From the NCBI GenBank assembly GCA_016926735.1, contig JAFGOA010000074.1, positions 1 through 11,818 on the forward strand: a DNA stretch of 11,818 bases. Direction: 5' to 3'. The translations under genes and the position numbers were made by a program. Positions 6,965 through 11,818 of the stretch are shown here, in pieces. Numbering within the stretch: position 1 is the first letter of the stretch; each line of letters opens with the position of its first letter. Source of the DNA: Promethearchaeota archaeon. GTDB taxonomy: Archaea; Asgardarchaeota; Lokiarchaeia; Sigyniarchaeales; SOKP01. Below the pieces are notes generated by a model that was not told where the DNA came from, did no database searches, and was given only the letters and a program-made list of their open reading frames with translations.

Positions 6965-7071
6965 GAGATAAAATAATAAATTTATTAATTTTTTATTTTT
7001 TATAATAATATAGATTTTTTTATTCTATTTAGTATAATTTCAATAATGCTCTTTAAATCAAGGTATAATAA

Positions 7072-8880
7072 TTGAATAAAATAAAAAATAATAAAAATTA
7101 TACTTATAGTGAATTTTTATCCTTTAAAAAAGAAAGAAAAAAAATTTTCAATATTATTTTTTCTTTTGCTGGTGTGATCTTATATTTACTATATGCAATG
7201 CTGCATATTTTTTATTATGAAAAAAACTATTTGATGACTATATTTCTTGTCAGTACAAGCTTTTTATTTACTCTAAATCTTATTTATTTATTTTTCAAGG
7301 GGAATCCGGATTTATCAGCAAACTATGCTCTCCTGGTTTCAATCTTGATCATTTTCCTTACAACAATCTTTGGAGCTGACACAGATTTTAGATTAGTCTG
7401 GTTTTTGATAATTCCATTATTATCCTATTATTTAAAAGCAAAAATAAAAGGAACAGTATTTATTATTATTGGATTACTATTATTTTTTTTAAGTCTTATT
7501 TTAAATCAAATAGGATTAATTAAATTTACAATTAAAATTAATGCTTACATAGACGTCTTAACTTTATATGTTTTTATCTCATTAGCAACTTTTTATTATG
7601 AGTTTATTAATAATGAAAATGAAGAACATATATTGTCTCAGTTATATACTGATTCATTAACAAAATTTTTTAATAGAACAAGCTTAGTGCAGGATATTAA
7701 AAATAATATCGCTAATAAACTGATATTAATCAATGTTGACAATTTTAAGCATATTAATGATCTATATGGCAATGCATTAGGCGATTTAGTATTAGTGGAA
7801 ATATGTAAAAGACTCAAACAATTTAAAACAAATAATTATATTCACAATATTTATAAACTTCATGCGGATGAGTTTGCACTATTATTTTACAATAGAATTA
7901 ATAGACCTGAATTAAACAAATTAGTAAATAAATTAGAAAACGTTCTTAATCAAGAATATTATATTGAAAATATTGAAATTTTAATAAGCATCACAATGGG
8001 TATTTCTGATTCAACCAGCAACATTTTAGAAGAAGCAGATATGGCTTTAAAACTAGCAAAAGAAAATCAGGTTAGATTTCTATTTTTTGAAAATTCCATG
8101 AAAATAAAAGAAAAATTTGAAAATAATATTATTTGGGTAAAAAAAATTAAAAAATCAATAGCGCATGACAATATTATACCTGTATTTCAACCAATTCTGA
8201 ATAACAAAAATAATAAAATAAAAAAATTTGAATGTTTAATTAGAATGATAGATGAAGATGAATTAATACTGCCTTTAAACTTTATAGAAGTTGCAAAAAA
8301 ATCAAAATTTTACACACACTTAACTAAAATAATATTATTAAAATCTGCCAAATATTTCGCTGATAAAAATTTTGATTTTAGCATCAATATAAGTTTATAT
8401 GATATTTACAGCAAAGAAAGCACTTTATTCTTTACATCAATTATTGATGATTATAAAATTGGGGAAAAACTTATCTTTGAACTTACAGAAACAGAACAAA
8501 TTGAAAATAATAGTCAGGTAAATTTTTTTATTGAAAAAGTTAAAGAAAGAGGATGCAAAATAGCAATTGATGATTTTGGCACTGGATATTCTAATTTTGA
8601 TTATTTGTTAAAAATGAATGTTGATATATTAAAACTCGACGGCAGTTTAATAAAAAACATCAATGAAAATAAAGATTCACATATTATCACAGAAACAATT
8701 GTAAATTTTACAAAAAAACTAAATATTGAAACAATAGCTGAACATGTTTATTCAAAAGAAATATTCGATATAGTTAAAAAATTGGGAATTGATAATTCAC
8801 AAGGATTTTACATTGGTAAGCCGGAAAAAGAAATAGATAATTTTTTTGTAAATGGAAAATTTGTTTTAAATATAAATTAG
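7072..8880 (+). CDS. Membrane-anchored GGDEF(degenerate)-EAL protein, probable c-di-GMP phosphodiesterase
   Basis: About 6 hydrophobic segments in the N-terminal ~180 aa. The GGDEF-like domain has TDSLT..NR, VDNFKHINDLYGNALGD and HADEF in place of GGDEF. The EAL domain has FQPI, ECLIR, INIS, FELTE, DDFGTGYS, KLDGS, IAEHV and QGF. TTG start with an AAGGT SD-like element. Confidence 0.92.
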   Translation: MNKIKNNKNYTYSEFLSFKKERKKIFNIIFSFAGVILYLLYAMLHIFYYEKNYLMTIFLVSTSFLFTLNLIYLFFKGNPDLSANYALLVSILIIFLTTIFGADTDFRLVWFLIIPLLSYYLKAKIKGTVFIIIGLLLFFLSLILNQIGLIKFTIKINAYIDVLTLYVFISLATFYYEFINNENEEHILSQLYTDSLTKFFNRTSLVQDIKNNIANKLILINVDNFKHINDLYGNALGDLVLVEICKRLKQFKTNNYIHNIYKLHADEFALLFYNRINRPELNKLVNKLENVLNQEYYIENIEILISITMGISDSTSNILEEADMALKLAKENQVRFLFFENSMKIKEKFENNIIWVKKIKKSIAHDNIIPVFQPILNNKNNKIKKFECLIRMIDEDELILPLNFIEVAKKSKFYTHLTKIILLKSAKYFADKNFDFSINISLYDIYSKESTLFFTSIIDDYKIGEKLIFELTETEQIENNSQVNFFIEKVKERGCKIAIDDFGTGYSNFDYLLKMNVDILKLDGSLIKNINENKDSHIITETIVNFTKKLNIETIAEHVYSKEIFDIVKKLGIDNSQGFYIGKPEKEIDNFFVNGKFVLNIN

Positions 8881-8979
8881 TTTAAAAAAATTTATATTAC
8901 TTTATTTTTTTAATTCAAATCGTAACAAAAATCGTAAATGAGTTGACTCTCATAAAAATATAACGAATCAACATCTAAA

Positions 8980-10848
8980 TCAATTTGGTGATATTGTTTC
9001 TTCTTTAGAAGTAAATTCAATATTGTCTATGTAAACTGTTATATTTTTATATGGTGTTGATTTTTGATTAGATCTACCTCCTTGAAAACCAATTTTATAA
9101 GGAATTTGATTTTGATTAATCTGCAACTCATAAGTTCCTAAATCTTCATTATTACATTTAAATGTACAATAACCTGTAGTATAATCATATTTTATAACAA
9201 GTTCATTCCATTTATTAATGTCATATTTGCCGATAATTGTTCGTGAACCATCTTTTCTCTCTAAATTTAAATAACCCTTTTGAATTGATAAATCTATTAA
9301 TCTATTTTTTAAAATATCTCTTAAATATATAAACATTACATTATTTTGTTGAACTAAAAAATAAAATTTTAATTGTCCATAATAATGCTCTCCTATATCT
9401 TTATGTAACTTAATAGCTGATTCTTCAGAATTATCATATAATTTTAAACAATTTGGCATTGTATATGGTTTTATGATTTTTGAATCAACAACTTCTGCAT
9501 TTGCGTTAGAATCATAATTGTAATACCAGTCATCTGGGAGTTTTCCAACTTTAGTTGAATCAAAATCTTCTTTAAATTCCTTAATATTTAATTTTTCATC
9601 AACAGCTTTTATTTCTTCCTTATTTTTACTTTCCTCAGTTTTTTTTATTGATTCTGGATTATCTGTTTTATAATATGTTATTTTGTTACTTTTAACAATT
9701 TGTACATTTTTTGTATTTACAAATTCGTCTATGGTCATACCATTATTTATCAATATTCTATTATTTTTTAAAAAATAGTATGTGTTTTCATCAATTGTTT
9801 TTATCTCAATTGTTTCAAAACTATCTTTATAAGGAAATATAATAATATATTTTAGATTTTTAAGATTATCAAGATTCTCAAGTTTTTTTATTTTACAATA
9901 ACTTAAATCAAGGTATATTAAATTTTCTAAATAATCTAAATTCTCAATTTTACTTATATTATTAAATCTTAAACAAAGAATTTTTAAATTCTTTAAGTTA
10001 TTTAAATTTTCGATTTTATTAATTTTATTCCTTTGCAGATTAAGAAATAAAAGATTTTTAAAATTATCTAAATTTTCAATTTTTCTAATATTATTTTTAT
10101 CTAAATCAAGAAATCTTATTTGATTTTTATTATTAATATCTTGTGGAATACTAGTCAAATTACTCTTTTTATATTTTATATCAAAATTAGTATATATGGT
10201 ATCACCATTGTAAGAATTAATAAATAAATCTGTTTCAAAAAAAACAATAGATTCAATAAGTATTTTGTTTAATGACCATTTATAATTATCATATAGTTCA
10301 ATAAAATCTGTTTTTTTAAAATCATAATCACCACTATATATTCCAAAACCAGTAAATATATTTACTTCTTTCTTAATTAATTTTTTATTAGAATTACTAG
10401 CATATAAATTTATATCAAATGCAATATATATTCCATAAAACCTTCCCATTCCATCACAATAAAATTCCTTTAAATCTATATCAAGTACAGGATACTTATC
10501 TTTTTCTTCTGAGGTAGTATTGCAATCAAATCCAGTAATATTTAAAGCATCAATAATTAAATTTTGTAAAATTTTATCTATTTTTTTATCTTCTGTTGTT
10601 CTAATTTCGAGAAATCTAGCCCCATAATCATTTATGTATCCTAAAAAACCACGATCTCCTTTACCTTCATTTTCTTTTCTAAAATCATTAATATTTCTAA
10701 TAGAAATCTTGCCTTTAAAATCTGTAGATTTTTGTAATTTAAAATAATCTAAGTTTACATAAGTTTTTTTTCTATCTGTTGAAAAAGATAAAAATATTGA
10801 CATAATAGTAAAAATTGAAAGTATTAAAAGTAATTTAATTTTATTCAT
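8980..10848 (-). CDS. Exported multidomain leucine-rich-repeat protein
   Basis: Signal-peptide-like N-terminus (MNKIKLLLILSIFTIMSIFLSF), an alpha/beta N-terminal domain, central SDS22-like LRRs, a charged linker and a beta-rich C-terminal domain (EDFD...W...KWNELVIKYD...VYIDNIEF). SD-like GGAG/AGGT upstream. Confidence 0.85.
   Translation of the reverse strand: MNKIKLLLILSIFTIMSIFLSFSTDRKKTYVNLDYFKLQKSTDFKGKISIRNINDFRKENEGKGDRGFLGYINDYGARFLEIRTTEDKKIDKILQNLIIDALNITGFDCNTTSEEKDKYPVLDIDLKEFYCDGMGRFYGIYIAFDINLYASNSNKKLIKKEVNIFTGFGIYSGDYDFKKTDFIELYDNYKWSLNKILIESIVFFETDLFINSYNGDTIYTNFDIKYKKSNLTSIPQDINNKNQIRFLDLDKNNIRKIENLDNFKNLLFLNLQRNKINKIENLNNLKNLKILCLRFNNISKIENLDYLENLIYLDLSYCKIKKLENLDNLKNLKYIIIFPYKDSFETIEIKTIDENTYYFLKNNRILINNGMTIDEFVNTKNVQIVKSNKITYYKTDNPESIKKTEESKNKEEIKAVDEKLNIKEFKEDFDSTKVGKLPDDWYYNYDSNANAEVVDSKIIKPYTMPNCLKLYDNSEESAIKLHKDIGEHYYGQLKFYFLVQQNNVMFIYLRDILKNRLIDLSIQKGYLNLERKDGSRTIIGKYDINKWNELVIKYDYTTGYCTFKCNNEDLGTYELQINQNQIPYKIGFQGGRSNQKSTPYKNITVYIDNIEFTSKEETISPN
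9856..10119 (-). repeat. Four tandem 22-aa (66-nt) SDS22-like leucine-rich repeats
   Basis: IRFLDLDKNNIRKIENLDNFKN / LLFLNLQRNKINKIENLNNLKN / LKILCLRFNNISKIENLDYLEN / LIYLDLSYCKIKKLENLDNLKN, plus degenerate flanking units. Confidence 0.92.
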
Positions 10849-11026
10849 ATACCTACTCCAATTTTTAATTTATAATATAAATAGTATATCATAAATTTTA
10901 AGTTAATTGATATAAATAAATTTATAGGTCATAGTATTAGAATAATAATTAAATTTTAATAATTTAATGAGACATAATTAATACTTATAATTATTACAAA
11001 AAAAATCAAAAAATAAAATTATATTT

Positions 11027-11818
11027 TTACTGAAATTTCTTTAATAATTCCAGTGCTTGATTATATTTTATTTTATCTCTTACAGAAGGATCATTGATAC
11101 TTTTAAATAATTCTAATGATTTATCTAATAAAATCTTTGCATACTCCTTATCGCTTAAATTTTGCGGTGTACCGTCATTTTCTCCATTTTTTTCTTTCAT
11201 TTTCTCTTTTTTACCAACATCCCATCCTCTTTTTAAAAATAATTCACCAGATTCTACCAAAACAGACATATCATTGGGATTAAACTCAATAGCTTTGCTT
11301 AAATTTTTACCCATTCTAAATTTATCTCCGCCTAAAAAAAATGGAACTGCATCATCTATTCTACCTAGCATTAAATATGGCGCAGCAAATGTGGGATCTA
11401 GTGCTAAAGATTTATCAGCAAGAGAGAATAACTCTGGTATAATATCTAATGACTCTTTTATTCCGATTAATTCTGCTCTAGAACCATAGCATGCTGTATA
11501 CCAGAATATAATCTGGGCTTTGTCTAAATTAGTTCCTTCAGTAATATCAAGAAAAGGCTGAGAGACTTGCATACCTTTTGTATAATATTTAATCTTTTCT
11601 TGTTTTTCCTTTTCAGGTAACGCCTCTGCTATTTCAAAATAAAATCTAGTTATTCTCCAGATGATTTCTGGATCAGGATTTAAAATTTCAAATTGCCCCT
11701 CTAATATCTTTACTCCTTCTTGATATTTACCAATGTGATATAAGTTATCAACTTTTTGAAAATTCATTGAAGAAATAAAACTTATAAAGAACACTATAAT
11801 AAAAATAATAAAAAATAT
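11027..11818 (-). CDS. Exported TPR-like helical protein (5' end beyond the window)
   Basis: The frame is open to the right edge and reads IFFIIFIIVFFISFISS, a signal-peptide h-region, so the GTG at 11794 is not the true start. TPR-like helices include KSLALDPTFAAPYLMLG and KAIEFNPNDMSVLVESG. Confidence 0.75.
   Translation of the reverse strand: MFFIIFIIVFFISFISSMNFQKVDNLYHIGKYQEGVKILEGQFEILNPDPEIIWRITRFYFEIAEALPEKEKQEKIKYYTKGMQVSQPFLDITEGTNLDKAQIIFWYTACYGSRAELIGIKESLDIIPELFSLADKSLALDPTFAAPYLMLGRIDDAVPFFLGGDKFRMGKNLSKAIEFNPNDMSVLVESGELFLKRGWDVGKKEKMKEKNGENDGTPQNLSDKEYAKILLDKSLELFKSINDPSVRDKIKYNQALELLKKFQ

Noticed and set aside
7001-7069. Several plus-strand TATAAT hexamers upstream of the GGDEF-EAL gene
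   Set aside because: No convincing -35 at proper spacing, and such hexamers are frequent at this AT content, so no single promoter can be assigned.
6830-7071. c-di-GMP riboswitch or invertible flagellar phase switch as in Clostridioides difficile
   Set aside because: No GEMM-like conserved segments are visible, no separate flanking inverted repeats other than the hairpin arms, and no recombinase in the window. An Rfam scan would settle the riboswitch question.
8881-8979. Possible terminator between the convergent EAL and LRR genes, and the direct repeat AAATCGTAA (8917-8925, 8929-8937)
   Set aside because: Only short imperfect stems (ATGAG/CTCAT; GTTGACTC/GAATCAAC) without a convincing structure. 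Two 9-mers are too little to call a repeat element or CRISPR remnant.
9856-10119. 66-nt periodicity as a CRISPR array or DNA-level repeat
   Set aside because: The periodicity is explained by in-frame LRR coding. The nucleotide copies are divergent and have no repeat-spacer structure.
11094-11489. 131-aa plus-strand ORF
   Set aside because: Antisense shadow of the TPR-like gene, with the S/F/L-rich composition typical of reverse frames.

Overview
AT-rich bacterial window, very probably from a spirochete, judging by the FliM and FlgE sequence signatures and the flbD-containing gene order. Bases 1-6829 carry a minus-strand flagellar hook/motor cluster: fliK-flgD-flgE-flbD-motA-motB-fliL-fliM. 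fliM runs off the left edge and is missing from the ORF track. Divergent from the cluster is a membrane-anchored GGDEF(degenerate)-EAL protein, a likely c-di-GMP phosphodiesterase. Converging on that gene are an exported multidomain LRR protein and a 5'-truncated TPR-like exported protein. The genes are mostly familiar and the most interesting signals are regulatory. These are a sigma28-like promoter followed immediately by a 21-bp hairpin plus U-tract in the fliK leader, a hairpin that holds the fliK AUG in its loop, a strong terminator after flgE, and near-consensus sigma70 promoters inside the cluster in front of motB and fliL. At protein level, FlgE keeps the lysinoalanine cross-link residues K165/C178/N179 and the stator has a Na+-type threonine signature. 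All calls were made by eye, with no database searches.
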